Positions 27,132 to 36,825 are shown, numbered from the stretch's first letter. The stretch is DNA of 64,000 nt from Bacteroidota bacterium (GCA_016868785.1 VGFS01000006.1:7184-71183); one strand, 5' to 3'. Numbers and translations: made by a program. The notes: generated by a model from the sequence alone, not told the origin.

Positions 27132-28301
27132 GTGAAAAAAGCAGTCCTAAAGCCCGGCAAAGAAGTCAGTTTACTCCGAAAGCACCCCTGGGTGTTCACC
27201 GGCGCCATCCAAGAAATCGATGAAGTGTATATCGGTGATTGGGTGCAAGTCTTCGACCACAAAGGTCGGTTGCTGGGGACCGGACAAGTGGGCGATGGTA
27301 GCATTGCAATTCGCATGGTGGCCTTTGAAGCCATAGAACCCAATACGGCCTTTTGGCAAACCAAATTGGCAAACTGCCTGGCCCTGCGCAAACTTCTGGG
27401 ATTCGGACTCAAAACGCCCACCACCGCCTATCGCTTGGTTCATGGTGAGGGCGATAACCTACCCGGACTCATCATCGATATTTACAACGATTGCGCGGTG
27501 ATTCAAGCCCACAGCTTGGGGATGTACAACAGCATCAACCACATCGCTGAAGCCCTGGAAAACCTGAAAGACCTCAAATTAAAAACCATTTACAACAAGA
27601 GTTTTGCTGCCATGCACGGCGCAGTGGACCCCGACGGTTTCCTGCTGGGTGATACCGCTGAAACCATCGCCAAGGAAAACAATCTATTGTTTACTGTGAA
27701 TTGGGTGACTGGACAAAAAACGGGCTTTTTCTTGGACCAGCGAGATAACCGCGATCTACTGAGACAGTTTGCCAAAGACAAATCGGTGTTGAACACCTTC
27801 TGTTACACCGGCGGGTTTTCTGTTGCCGCCCTGGCGGGCGGCGCCACTAAGGTAATCAGTGCCGATATCAGTCAAACCGCCATCGACCTGGCCAACAACA
27901 ACGCATCGCTCATGAAATTGCAACCCCACCAAAGTCACGAAGGATTGGTGGTAGACGTCATGAAACACCTGGGGGATGTGGAGCAACAATTCGACATCGT
28001 TGTACTCGACCCGCCAGCGTTTGCCAAAAGTTTGTCGAAAAAACATAAAGCTGTCATGGGCTACAAACGCCTCAACGCCATGGGCATGAAACGGGTATCA
28101 CCCGGCGGCCTTTTGTTCACCTTCAGTTGCTCTCAAGTGGTGGATGATGTATTGTTTGCCAACACCGTCACCGCAGCGGGCATCGAGGCAGGAAGAAACT
28201 GCAGAATCCTCTATCGATTGGGACAAGGCGCCGACCATCCGGTGAATTTGTATCATCCAGAAGGACATTATCTGAAGGGATTGGTGATCCAGGTGGAGTA
28301 A
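27132..28301 (+). CDS. rlmI: Class I SAM-dependent rRNA methyltransferase (RlmI/YwbD-like, PUA + MTase)
   Basis: From GTG 27132 it reads (M)KKAVLKPGKEVSLLRKHPWVF, the typical family N-terminus; the track start TTG 27120 is an alternative. SAM-binding segments VLNTFCYTGGFS and DIVVLDPPAF. Confidence 0.85.
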   Translation: MKKAVLKPGKEVSLLRKHPWVFTGAIQEIDEVYIGDWVQVFDHKGRLLGTGQVGDGSIAIRMVAFEAIEPNTAFWQTKLANCLALRKLLGFGLKTPTTAYRLVHGEGDNLPGLIIDIYNDCAVIQAHSLGMYNSINHIAEALENLKDLKLKTIYNKSFAAMHGAVDPDGFLLGDTAETIAKENNLLFTVNWVTGQKTGFFLDQRDNRDLLRQFAKDKSVLNTFCYTGGFSVAALAGGATKVISADISQTAIDLANNNASLMKLQPHQSHEGLVVDVMKHLGDVEQQFDIVVLDPPAFAKSLSKKHKAVMGYKRLNAMGMKRVSPGGLLFTFSCSQVVDDVLFANTVTAAGIEAGRNCRILYRLGQGADHPVNLYHPEGHYLKGLVIQVE

Positions 28302-28311
28302 TTTTTCGCGA

Positions 28312-29397
28312 CTATTGTTGCGCAAATCGATAAAACAAATACGCCACTGGCACAAAGAGCAAATTCGGCAACCAAACCGATAGCCAAGGCCATATCACCC
28401 CGGAATTGCCCAACGAAACAAAGTACTTACTGAAAAACAAGAAAAATAGGATCACAAAAATCCCAACGGCCAAGGAGAAACCAAGTCCCCCGCGCGTTTT
28501 CCGTCCAGCCACACTCACGGCAATCAATACCAAAATAAAGGTACTGAAAGGCGAGGCATATCTGCGATTGAGCTCAGTTTGCAGCAATTCCACGTTGCTC
28601 GACCCCCGCATTTTTTCTTTGGCAATCATGCCCCGCAGTTCGTTTTGGTTGAGGCTTTGAACGTCTTCTAATCGAAAAAAGAAATCCTCGGGATTAAATG
28701 GGATCAAGGTATCCAAGGTAGCGTGATATTGGATATCTTGGTTTCCATTCGATAAAAATTTCCGCTGCCAAACCATTTCCAATCGCCACTTTTTGGCCTC
28801 TGGCGACCAGCGAATAAACCGACCGAACAATGAACTTTTGAGCTGCTGCCCTTTGTATTCCTCTACGGTGATCCCCACCCCTGAACTGTCGTTGTTGTTA
28901 AAATACTCCATGTACAAAATCACGCCGGGTTTAATCTGCCGAAAAATGGTTGATTTGGCTTGAGAGTAATAGTCTCGCATGTAGGCATTTTCGAAACGCA
29001 CACGGGCTTTGTCGGTGATGGGAATTACCCAAGCATTCAATACATAGCTACCCACGGCCAGCAAAGCTGCCGTGGCCATGTAGGGAAATAAAATGCGTTT
29101 GAGCGACATTCCGCCGGCCAACATGGAAATAATCTCGGTGCGAGAGGCCAACCGCGAGGTCATGTAAAGCACGGAGATAAAAATGAAAATCGGGGAGAAT
29201 GTATTGAGCAAACTCGGAACGAAATTCAGGTAATACACCGTAAAAATCTCATTCACCGGAGCCGATTTCGCCAAGAAATCATCGAGCTTTTCTGCCACAT
29301 CAAACACCATGATGATGATGATGAACAACCCCACCGTTACAAAGAACGTCTCCAAGAATTTCTTGGATATGTACCAGTCTAACTTTTTAATTTTCAT
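28312..29397 (-). CDS. LptF/LptG-family LPS export permease
   Basis: MKIKKLDWYISKKFLETFFVTVGLFIIII.., six TM helices with a periplasmic beta-jellyroll insert. Start taken at the second Met. Confidence 0.8.
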   Translation of the reverse strand: MKIKKLDWYISKKFLETFFVTVGLFIIIIMVFDVAEKLDDFLAKSAPVNEIFTVYYLNFVPSLLNTFSPIFIFISVLYMTSRLASRTEIISMLAGGMSLKRILFPYMATAALLAVGSYVLNAWVIPITDKARVRFENAYMRDYYSQAKSTIFRQIKPGVILYMEYFNNNDSSGVGITVEEYKGQQLKSSLFGRFIRWSPEAKKWRLEMVWQRKFLSNGNQDIQYHATLDTLIPFNPEDFFFRLEDVQSLNQNELRGMIAKEKMRGSSNVELLQTELNRRYASPFSTFILVLIAVSVAGRKTRGGLGFSLAVGIFVILFFLFFSKYFVSLGNSGVIWPWLSVWLPNLLFVPVAYLFYRFAQQ

Positions 29398-29421
29398 GGG
29401 GGATGGCAACAAAAAGGCAAT

Positions 29422-30549
29422 CTACGACAATTTGCGCGAAACAGTTTTTAGAATGCTTTGCTTCCAAATATGGAAATCCCCCTGCAGGATGCGCTGGCGG
29501 GCTTGTCGCACCAACCAAAGATAAAACCGCAAATTTTGAATACTTGCGATAATGGGTCCCATCATCTCATTGGATTGAAATAAGTGTCGAACATAAGCCT
29601 TACTGTATTCCGGTGTCAGCCAGGTATCCAAAGCAGAGAAATCCTCTGACCACTGTTTATTTTTGATATTTATGATTCCCTCAGTTGTAAATACATTGCC
29701 ATTCCTACCATTGCGGGTTGGCATCACACAATCAAACATATCTACCCCCAAGGCTATGGCGTTTAACAGATTCTCTGGGGTGCCCACGCCCATCAAATAG
29801 CGGGGCTTGTCGGTAGGCAAAATATCTGTCACCAATTCAGTGATTCGGTACATATCCTCGTGAGGTTCGCCCACGCTCAATCCACCAATGGCATATCCTT
29901 TGGCGTCGTGTTTTAGTACATATTCAGCACTTTGCTTGCGCAAGTCATCATACACACTCCCCTGAACGATGGGCATCAACGCCTGCTCATGTCCGTAAAT
30001 GGGCGATGTTTCATTGAATCGAGAAAAGCAACGATCAAGCCAACGATGGGTCATGTGCATCGACTTTTTGGCGTAGTCGTAATCGCAGGGATAGGGCGTG
30101 CATTCATCGAAAGCCATGATGATATCTGCACCAATGACCCGCTGAATATCCATCACCCGCTCTGGACTGAAAAGGTGCTTGGATCCATCGATGTGACTTG
30201 CAAATTTCACCCCCTCATCGGTCAGTTTTCTTGTACTCGAGAGCGAATACACTTGGTAACCCCCGCTGTCTGTAAGGACTGGACGATCCCAATTGCTAAA
30301 TTCATGAATGCCACCCGCTTTTTGCAATACGTCTAGTCCGGGACGCAAATACAGGTGGTAGGTATTGCCCAGGATGATGTCCGCATTGACATCATTTTTG
30401 TTGAGCAGAAAATTGCGATGAACCCCTTTCACTGTTCCGGCTGTGCCAACGGGCATGAAAATGGGGGTTTGGATACGTCCGTGTGCGGTTTCGATCACAC
30501 CGGCCCTTGCTTTGGTGAAGGGATCTTTATGTTGTAATACGAAATTCAA
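29422..30549 (-). CDS. tgt: tRNA-guanine(34) transglycosylase (queuine tRNA-ribosyltransferase)
   Basis: ..ARAGVIETAHGRIQTPIFMPVGT.., LTDSGGYQV.., and a Zn site CxCxxC-like region. 375 aa. Confidence 0.95.
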   Translation of the reverse strand: MNFVLQHKDPFTKARAGVIETAHGRIQTPIFMPVGTAGTVKGVHRNFLLNKNDVNADIILGNTYHLYLRPGLDVLQKAGGIHEFSNWDRPVLTDSGGYQVYSLSSTRKLTDEGVKFASHIDGSKHLFSPERVMDIQRVIGADIIMAFDECTPYPCDYDYAKKSMHMTHRWLDRCFSRFNETSPIYGHEQALMPIVQGSVYDDLRKQSAEYVLKHDAKGYAIGGLSVGEPHEDMYRITELVTDILPTDKPRYLMGVGTPENLLNAIALGVDMFDCVMPTRNGRNGNVFTTEGIINIKNKQWSEDFSALDTWLTPEYSKAYVRHLFQSNEMMGPIIASIQNLRFYLWLVRQARQRILQGDFHIWKQSILKTVSRKLS

Positions 30550-31238
30550 TTCTGGGCCATCAATGAGATGCTGAACAGACGCGGGTAAATGGCCGCTAAG
30601 CTGCCAGAATAGTAGCTATTGGGCACCCTTATCAATGCGTTATTCAGTCCGTTAGACATTTTTAATTCAAGCGACAAATCCACAAATTCGAGTCGAAATT
30701 CCATCCCTGCTCCAAACTCATAGTAGTATGTATTGGCTTTCAGGGCAATAAGCGGTTTTGACTCCCCAATCACCAGGCCTTCGTTGCTCTGAAAATCGTG
30801 TGACCAGCGCACCCCACCCAACACGTACATCCGCGTGTTGTTGGGCATGCTAGAACGATATTTTAGCGTCAATGGCATATCAAACGATATGGTTTCAATT
30901 TTAATGGTTGGTCCGGGCGTATGCTGCCAGGTATATTGCACATTGCGCTGATGCAGTTGCAACATGGTCAACGTTTTAATCTCCCAATATTTCCCCATTC
31001 GATAAGCCACCGAGCCTCCAAATCCACCACCGGCTTGGGCTTGTGGACGGATACTTGAGATGGAATCGGTGCGTTGCCAAAAAACGGGATCGAGCTCCAT
31101 TTTCATTTTGGCCGATGTACCGGCGAAGGCAATCCCCCAGAAAAAATGCTTACGGTAATCGCGATTATAATCGCGGGGCTGGGCCATGGAATTGCCCACC
31201 AACACAAACATCACTATGAGAAGAATTACTTTACGCAT
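30546..31238 (-). CDS. Outer-membrane beta-barrel protein, PorT-like candidate
   Basis: Signal peptide MRKVILLIVMFVLVGNSMAQ, alternating beta-strand pattern, about 230 aa. It is translationally coupled to ubiE, an arrangement I recall for porT in Bacteroidota. Confidence 0.5.
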   Translation of the reverse strand: MRKVILLIVMFVLVGNSMAQPRDYNRDYRKHFFWGIAFAGTSAKMKMELDPVFWQRTDSISSIRPQAQAGGGFGGSVAYRMGKYWEIKTLTMLQLHQRNVQYTWQHTPGPTIKIETISFDMPLTLKYRSSMPNNTRMYVLGGVRWSHDFQSNEGLVIGESKPLIALKANTYYYEFGAGMEFRLEFVDLSLELKMSNGLNNALIRVPNSYYSGSLAAIYPRLFSISLMAQN

Positions 31239-31954
31239 GTGTACATCGTACAAATTCCGAAGGTAAGGGGTTTAAATGTAACGGATGAAAAGCCCACAGA
31301 TTTTGCTTTTGATGCAAATTCCTCTCCCTCAGGGAAAGCTGCCACACTCTGAGGCAAGTAGGTGTAGGCATTGGTACTGCGCGACAGCAATTTACCCATC
31401 AAGGGCAAAATATTCTTGAAGTAAAACCAATACAGTCGGGAAAATACAGGATTGGTGGGTTTACTGAATTCCAAGACAATCATGGGGCCACCGGGCTTCA
31501 GCACACGGTGCATTTCCGACAATCCAGCCAGTAAATTCTCGAAGTTACGCACACCGAAACTCACTGTTACTGCATCAAATTCTTGATCGCCAAAGGGCAA
31601 TTTTTCTGAATCGGCTTGTTTTAATACGATGCGATTCGTGAGCTTTTTTTGGTTGAGCTTCACCTGACCAAAATCGAGCATGCCTTGGCTAATGTCCACA
31701 CCCACAATGCGTGAACCCTCAATTTTCGTGAGTTCAATGGCCAAATCTGCCGTTCCCGTGGCCACATCGAGGATGTGTTTGGCACCGAATGCATTGACAT
31801 TCTTTCTGACCTTCGTGCGCCATGAGTAATCGACGCCGAGCGACAAAAAATGATTTAAAAAATCGTATCGGGGAGAAATGTTGTCGAACATTTCCTCCAC
31901 TTGTTGTTTTTTTGAAGCCTCGGAGGCGGGATTGGGTTTAACTTGCGTTGTCAC
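31226..31954 (-). CDS. ubiE: Demethylmenaquinone / ubiquinone-menaquinone methyltransferase
   Basis: ..QVEEMFDNISPRYDFLNHFLSLGVDYSWR.., SAM motif LDVATGTADLA. I prefer GTG 31954 (243 aa, -7 box 10 nt upstream) to the track ATG at 32017. Confidence 0.9.
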   Translation of the reverse strand: MTTQVKPNPASEASKKQQVEEMFDNISPRYDFLNHFLSLGVDYSWRTKVRKNVNAFGAKHILDVATGTADLAIELTKIEGSRIVGVDISQGMLDFGQVKLNQKKLTNRIVLKQADSEKLPFGDQEFDAVTVSFGVRNFENLLAGLSEMHRVLKPGGPMIVLEFSKPTNPVFSRLYWFYFKNILPLMGKLLSRSTNAYTYLPQSVAAFPEGEEFASKAKSVGFSSVTFKPLTFGICTMYTCVK

Positions 31955-31964
31955 AATAAAGTTA

Positions 31965-31972
31965 CAAATATA
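31965..31972 (-). promoter_or_regulatory. Candidate -7 box (TATATTTG) for ubiE
   Basis: Minus-strand TATATTTG, 10 nt upstream of GTG 31954 and downstream of the alternative ATG at 32017. Confidence 0.35.
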
Positions 31973-32037
31973 CGCAATTGGCACCACTCCCCTCTGAAAC
32001 CCGTTGAAGTCTTTCACCGAATACGCGACAAAAAACC

Positions 32038-32631
32038 ATGGAAATCAATACCGCAGATTACATTGGCAGCTGGCAGAAGAATGCCGATATGCCCCATACA
32101 GAATTGCCTGAATTCGCCTTCATTGGTCGGAGTAACGTAGGCAAAAGCAGCTTGATCAACATGCTCACCCAGCGCAATGGCTTGGCCAAAACAAGCTCTA
32201 CTCCGGGGAAAACACAATCCATCAATTTGTTTTTATTAAACAAGCAGATTCAATTTGTGGATTTGCCCGGCTATGGATACGCCAAAGTCTCCAAGGACCA
32301 GCGAGAGGTATTTGGAAAGATGATCAAATACTACCTCCGCGACAGGGTCAATTTGTTTTGCTTGTTCGTGTTGGTGGATTTACGCATCAAACCCCAGGCC
32401 ATTGACTTGAGTTTCATCAACGAATGTGGGGAGAACGGCATACCAATGGCCTTGATTGGCACCAAGGCCGACAAACTAAAAGTATCGGAATTAGCAGAGA
32501 ACAAAGCCGCCATTGAACAGGCACTGTTGGAGGTGTGGGAGGAATTGCCACCGTTTTTCATCAGCAGCTCAGAGACCAAAGCAGGTCGTGAAGAAATTTG
32601 GAATTTCATCAAAGGCACCTTGCCCAATTAA
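32038..32631 (+). CDS. engB: Ribosome-biogenesis GTPase YihA/EngB
   Basis: P-loop GRSNVGKSSLIN, DLPGYGYA and TKADK boxes. 197 aa. Confidence 0.9.
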   Translation: MEINTADYIGSWQKNADMPHTELPEFAFIGRSNVGKSSLINMLTQRNGLAKTSSTPGKTQSINLFLLNKQIQFVDLPGYGYAKVSKDQREVFGKMIKYYLRDRVNLFCLFVLVDLRIKPQAIDLSFINECGENGIPMALIGTKADKLKVSELAENKAAIEQALLEVWEELPPFFISSSETKAGREEIWNFIKGTLPN

Positions 32632-33521
32632 TGTAAAGGTCGTTTTTTGATCATACCTCCCTTTGTATCTTTCAGGGCATGTTGCACTACAAAGGCATCT
32701 GGATCGACCTGCTCAATTTCAAACAATAACTTGGTGACTTCCAAACGGGTAACCACAAAAAATAACATGCGCCCTTCTTCTCCCAACTCACCTCGTTTCC
32801 CGAACCCCTTGTCTGTTTTCAAAACAGTCACACCTCTACCAAGTTTGGAAATGATTTGATGTTTAATTTCATCCGATTTGTCTGAAACCACCATAACACC
32901 CAAGTATTCCTCTACACCATGAATCACAAAATCAATGGTTTTAGAAGCAGACAAATAGGTGAGCATTGAATACATTGCTGTTTCAATTCCAATGAGACTG
33001 GCTGCCAATAAGAACAAGGCGGCGTTAAACAGGGCAATAAAATCACCCACAGACAAACTCGTTCTTCTACTTACGGCAATCGCCAATACCTCTGTCCCAT
33101 CGATTACCGCACCACCTCTAATGGTAAGCCCAATTCCCGCTCCCAAGAAAAATCCACCGAAAATAGATATCAATAATTTATCATTGGTAATGTGAGGCAA
33201 ACTAAGGAAATGAACAACCAATGCCAAGGCCACGATGGCTAAAACACTCTTCACAGCAAAATCCCTCGAAATTTGATTTGCTCCGATAATCACAAAAGGA
33301 AGATTCACCAAAATAACCAACACAGACAGTTCAACATCTGTGAGCAATTCTAGCAAGAGAGAAATGCCCATCGCACCCCCGTCTAAAAAGTCATTGGGTA
33401 GAATAAACCCTTTCAAACCCACTGAAGCCATCGCTACACCGAGACAAATAAACATCAGATCAATACCCCGCCATTTTAACAGCGCCTTATCTTTGCCTTC
33501 ACCTGATTTTACCATAATCAA
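32628..33521 (-). CDS. YitT-family membrane protein (DUF2179 C-terminal domain)
   Basis: Five or six TM helices plus a C-terminal soluble DUF2179-like domain (..GVTVLKTDKGFGKRGE..VVTRLEV..). Confidence 0.8.
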   Translation of the reverse strand: MIMVKSGEGKDKALLKWRGIDLMFICLGVAMASVGLKGFILPNDFLDGGAMGISLLLELLTDVELSVLVILVNLPFVIIGANQISRDFAVKSVLAIVALALVVHFLSLPHITNDKLLISIFGGFFLGAGIGLTIRGGAVIDGTEVLAIAVSRRTSLSVGDFIALFNAALFLLAASLIGIETAMYSMLTYLSASKTIDFVIHGVEEYLGVMVVSDKSDEIKHQIISKLGRGVTVLKTDKGFGKRGELGEEGRMLFFVVTRLEVTKLLFEIEQVDPDAFVVQHALKDTKGGMIKKRPLH

Positions 33522-33550
33522 ATGTACTCTTGTCCCATTAAAAAAGCCTT

Positions 33551-33914
33551 TTAACGCCTTAGGATTTTTTCCATCTTCCGCCCTTTCGCCAATTCGTCGA
33601 CCAATTTATCCAAGTAACGAACATTCCGGGTCAATAAATTTTCAATTTGCTCTACCCTACAACCACAAATGAGACCGGTAATTAGGTGTGCATTGGGGTT
33701 TAGTTGAGCCTGCGCAAAAAAAAGCTTCGAAGGTTACACTTCCGTCGATGAGTTCTGAGATCCTATCATCGTTAAAACCAGTCAACTACTCAATCACCTG
33801 ATGCAGTTCTTCTTTGCTCCTTCCTTTTCGTTCCAACTTGGCCAAATAATGGGGATAAACCGAAGCGAATGTCATCTTCGCAATTTTTGCATTGTGCTCG
33901 GGGGTGGGTTGCAT
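33551..33914 (-). pseudogene. DUF2200-family gene inactivated by an in-frame TAG and a 1-nt homopolymer frameshift
   Basis: My translation gives MQPTPEHNAKIAKMTFASVYPHYLAKLERKGRSKEELHQVIE-TAG(33786..33788)[23 protein letters not shown]. After the A8/T8 run (33716..33723) the family-like sequence [54 protein letters not shown] continues in the +1 frame. Total length is 364 nt, which is 3n+1. Confidence 0.75.
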
Positions 33915-33966
33915 GACTTTTAAAAATATTGCGTCTGCGAATTAAAGGATTACGGTTTTGCAACAA

Positions 33967-35430
33967 TCACCCCATTTTCGGGAACAACCACCCCTTGGCA
34001 GAGGCAATCAATTCCTGCATGGGTTGAGATTCGTGGTCGATATCGTAAGCCTTAGAAAACGCATCTACCCCTTGCTGTAAGGCCGGTGCCGTGGCCTGTC
34101 CACGCTGTTTTAGTGCCGCCACCCCACACAACCATTCCACCGCCAAAATATTCTCGATGTTCTCTATCACACGCAACAATTTCGTGGCGGCGTTGGCCCC
34201 CATGCTCACATGATCCTCCTGACCGTTCGAACTCATGATACTATCCACCGAGGCCGGCGTACACAACTGCTTGTTTTGCGAAGCCAAGGCCGCTGCGCTA
34301 TACTGCGCAATCATGTATCCACTGTCTAACCCCGCTCCATCGGCCAAATAAGGCGATAAACCCCGCTGACCGCTCACCAACAGATAGGTCCTTCGCTCAC
34401 TGATGCTACCGAGCTCAGACAGTGCCATCGCAGCGTAATCCAATGTCAATGCCAACGGCTGTCCGTGGAAATTGCCACCACTCAGAACCAAATTTTCTTC
34501 CTCAAATACATTGGGGTTATCGGTCACCGAATTCAACTCTGTTTCCCACACATCCAAGCAGTGATCCAAGGCATCGTACGAAGCGCCATGAACCTGAGGA
34601 ATACAACGAAAGCTGTAAGGATCTTGCACTTGCTTTTTGGCTTGCTTGGCGATGGGAGAATCTTCCAAAATGGCCCGAATCTCTGCGGCCGCGGCCAACT
34701 GTCCGGCATGAGGCCTCACCCGATGAATGGGCGTTTGGAAGGGATCCATCCTACAATCGAATGCATCCACACTCAATGCGCTTACAATTGGCAGTTGCTT
34801 CACGATGTTGCGAATTCTGCGGTATGCTTCCATGGCATGGGCCAACATAAATTGGGTGCCGTTGATGAGTCCGAGGGCTTCTTTCGGACCCAATTGCAAA
34901 GGTTTCCAATTGTTTTGAGTCAGCCACTGTTCACCTGAAATCTCACCGTGTTGGGGATGGCGTAAAAAGCCTTTCCCGATGAGGGGCAACACCATTTGCG
35001 ACAGCGGTGCGAGGTCGCCGGAGGCGCCGAGCGAGCCTTGCTCAGTAACCACGGGATACCACTGCTGATTATACATGGCAGAAAGTCGCTCAAAGATCTC
35101 AGGTCGGATCGCCGAATACCCCTTGCTCATGTTGAGCATTTTGAGCCACAGCATGGTACGCACCAGGTGCATATTGAGGGGATTACCCACGCCTGCGGCG
35201 TGGGTAATCAACAAATTTTCTTGCAAGGCAGATAAGTCCTGGGCCGATATTTCCACATTTTGCAATGACCCAAACCCTGTATTCACCCCATAAACGGGGG
35301 CCGTTGCTTCCGACAAATATTTCGCCAAAAAAGCCACACTCCGATCCATTCGCTCCCGCACTTCCGGGGTTAGTTCAACCGGCTGTTTCAATGCCTCCAG
35401 GGCCTCCTGCAATGTATAAAATGATTTCAT
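33967..35430 (-). CDS. hutH: Histidine ammonia-lyase (MIO-dependent aromatic amino acid lyase family)
   Basis: MIO-forming triad in GSLGASGDLAPLS. The selectivity position reads ..LITHAAGVG (His, HAL-like, rather than HL for TAL or FL for PAL). 487 aa. Confidence 0.8.
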   Translation of the reverse strand: MKSFYTLQEALEALKQPVELTPEVRERMDRSVAFLAKYLSEATAPVYGVNTGFGSLQNVEISAQDLSALQENLLITHAAGVGNPLNMHLVRTMLWLKMLNMSKGYSAIRPEIFERLSAMYNQQWYPVVTEQGSLGASGDLAPLSQMVLPLIGKGFLRHPQHGEISGEQWLTQNNWKPLQLGPKEALGLINGTQFMLAHAMEAYRRIRNIVKQLPIVSALSVDAFDCRMDPFQTPIHRVRPHAGQLAAAAEIRAILEDSPIAKQAKKQVQDPYSFRCIPQVHGASYDALDHCLDVWETELNSVTDNPNVFEEENLVLSGGNFHGQPLALTLDYAAMALSELGSISERRTYLLVSGQRGLSPYLADGAGLDSGYMIAQYSAAALASQNKQLCTPASVDSIMSSNGQEDHVSMGANAATKLLRVIENIENILAVEWLCGVAALKQRGQATAPALQQGVDAFSKAYDIDHESQPMQELIASAKGWLFPKMG

Positions 35431-35439
35431 GAAGTTCTA

Positions 35440-36825
35440 TTATCGATTGACCGATGCAATCTGCCCAATGGCCTCTTCCACCGAACAATGTGTTTGTTCC
35501 CCAGTGACCAAATTTTTCAAGGCCACTTGATTGGCTTGCATTTCATCTCGACCGATGATCACCGCAAAGCCCATATTTTTATCGTTGGCATAGTCCAACT
35601 GTTTCTTCAATTTCGGCGTACCCGGGTAAAGTTCTACCTTGGATAAGCGCGCGCGGAGCGCGCGCGCAACACCGCTGCTGAACAACAAACAATCCTCGTC
35701 CATTGCACACACCAGCGTTGCCGTAGCATCTACCCCAACTCCCTCAAACAAATTGGCCGCCTCCATCGTGTCGTATATCCGATCCAAACCAAAACTAACC
35801 CCCACACCAGAAACATCCTTCAATCCAAATACCCCCGTGAGGTTGTCGTACCTACCGCCCCCGCCAATACTTCCCAACCGGAAATCGGAAGGCAAACGCC
35901 CGTCCGACCCCTCCACCTCAAACACCGCTCCCGTATAATAACTCAGCCCACGAGCCAAGGTAAAGTCCAACACCACATTCTCTGTACTTTCTACCAATCC
36001 AAAAATCGAACGCAAATCATTCAAAGCCGCAGTCAATGTATCGCACTGCATGAAAGCGGTATTGGCTGCCAATGCCAATTTGGCCTCGTTGCCTCGCTCC
36101 GATTTACTATTCCATAACCACTCCCAAGCGCCCAAAGCACGGGTTAGTCCTCGCTCCGATAACTCCTTCACTACCCCCTCGTAACCAATTTTATCGGCCT
36201 TGTCAATCACAATCATGAAAGTATTCCAATCTTCCTTGTTCCCCAAAACACCCATGAAAGCATCCAAGACACCGCGGTGATTGATTCGAATGGTCACCCC
36301 CAAATCCAAACGCGCGAAAACGGCTTGATACATTTCTATCAACTCAGCCTCCGACACCACAGAATTTGCCCCAACTACATCAATGTCGCACTGCCAAAAT
36401 TCTCTGTAACGACCTTTTTGCGGACGATCGGCCCGCCAAACAGGCTGCATTTGATAACGCTTGAACGGAAATGTAATGTCGTTGCGATTCATGACCACAA
36501 ACCGCGCCAACGGCACCGTTAAATCATAGCGCAACCCCCGATCAGCAATGTGGGGCGTGAGCAATTTCACCTCTTTGCTCTGCAAAATATCTTCGCCCAC
36601 ATTCGACAAATAATCCCCAGAATTCAGCACTTTGAACAACAATTGATCCCCCTCATTGCCGTATTTTCCCTGTAAGGTTTTCAAATTTTCCAACGAAGGC
36701 GTCTCCAAAGCCCCATAACCATGCGCAACAAACACCGATTCCATGACTGAAAGGATATATTTTCTTCGCTGCATTACAAGCGGTGAAAAATCGCGGGTTC
36801 CTGATGGCAAACTGGGCTTTTCCAT
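35440..36825 (-). CDS. hisS: Histidine--tRNA ligase
   Basis: Class II motifs (..LRYDLTVPLARF.., ..REFWQCD.., ..GGGRYDNL..) and an anticodon-binding C-terminal domain. 461 aa. Confidence 0.95.
   Translation of the reverse strand: MEKPSLPSGTRDFSPLVMQRRKYILSVMESVFVAHGYGALETPSLENLKTLQGKYGNEGDQLLFKVLNSGDYLSNVGEDILQSKEVKLLTPHIADRGLRYDLTVPLARFVVMNRNDITFPFKRYQMQPVWRADRPQKGRYREFWQCDIDVVGANSVVSEAELIEMYQAVFARLDLGVTIRINHRGVLDAFMGVLGNKEDWNTFMIVIDKADKIGYEGVVKELSERGLTRALGAWEWLWNSKSERGNEAKLALAANTAFMQCDTLTAALNDLRSIFGLVESTENVVLDFTLARGLSYYTGAVFEVEGSDGRLPSDFRLGSIGGGGRYDNLTGVFGLKDVSGVGVSFGLDRIYDTMEAANLFEGVGVDATATLVCAMDEDCLLFSSGVARALRARLSKVELYPGTPKLKKQLDYANDKNMGFAVIIGRDEMQANQVALKNLVTGEQTHCSVEEAIGQIASVNR

Noticed and set aside
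32628-33521. Considered whether this multi-TM protein could be the opsin partner of crtY-blh.
   Set aside because: The sequence matches YitT/DUF2179 architecture, with a soluble C-terminal domain, and has no retinal-binding Lys context or 7-TM rhodopsin motifs.
33340-33672. 110-aa plus-strand track ORF spanning the yitT 5' end and the DUF2200 region.
   Set aside because: It is antisense to yitT at one end and to the DUF2200 pseudogene at the other, and it is low-complexity. The minus-strand reading gives clear family matches instead.
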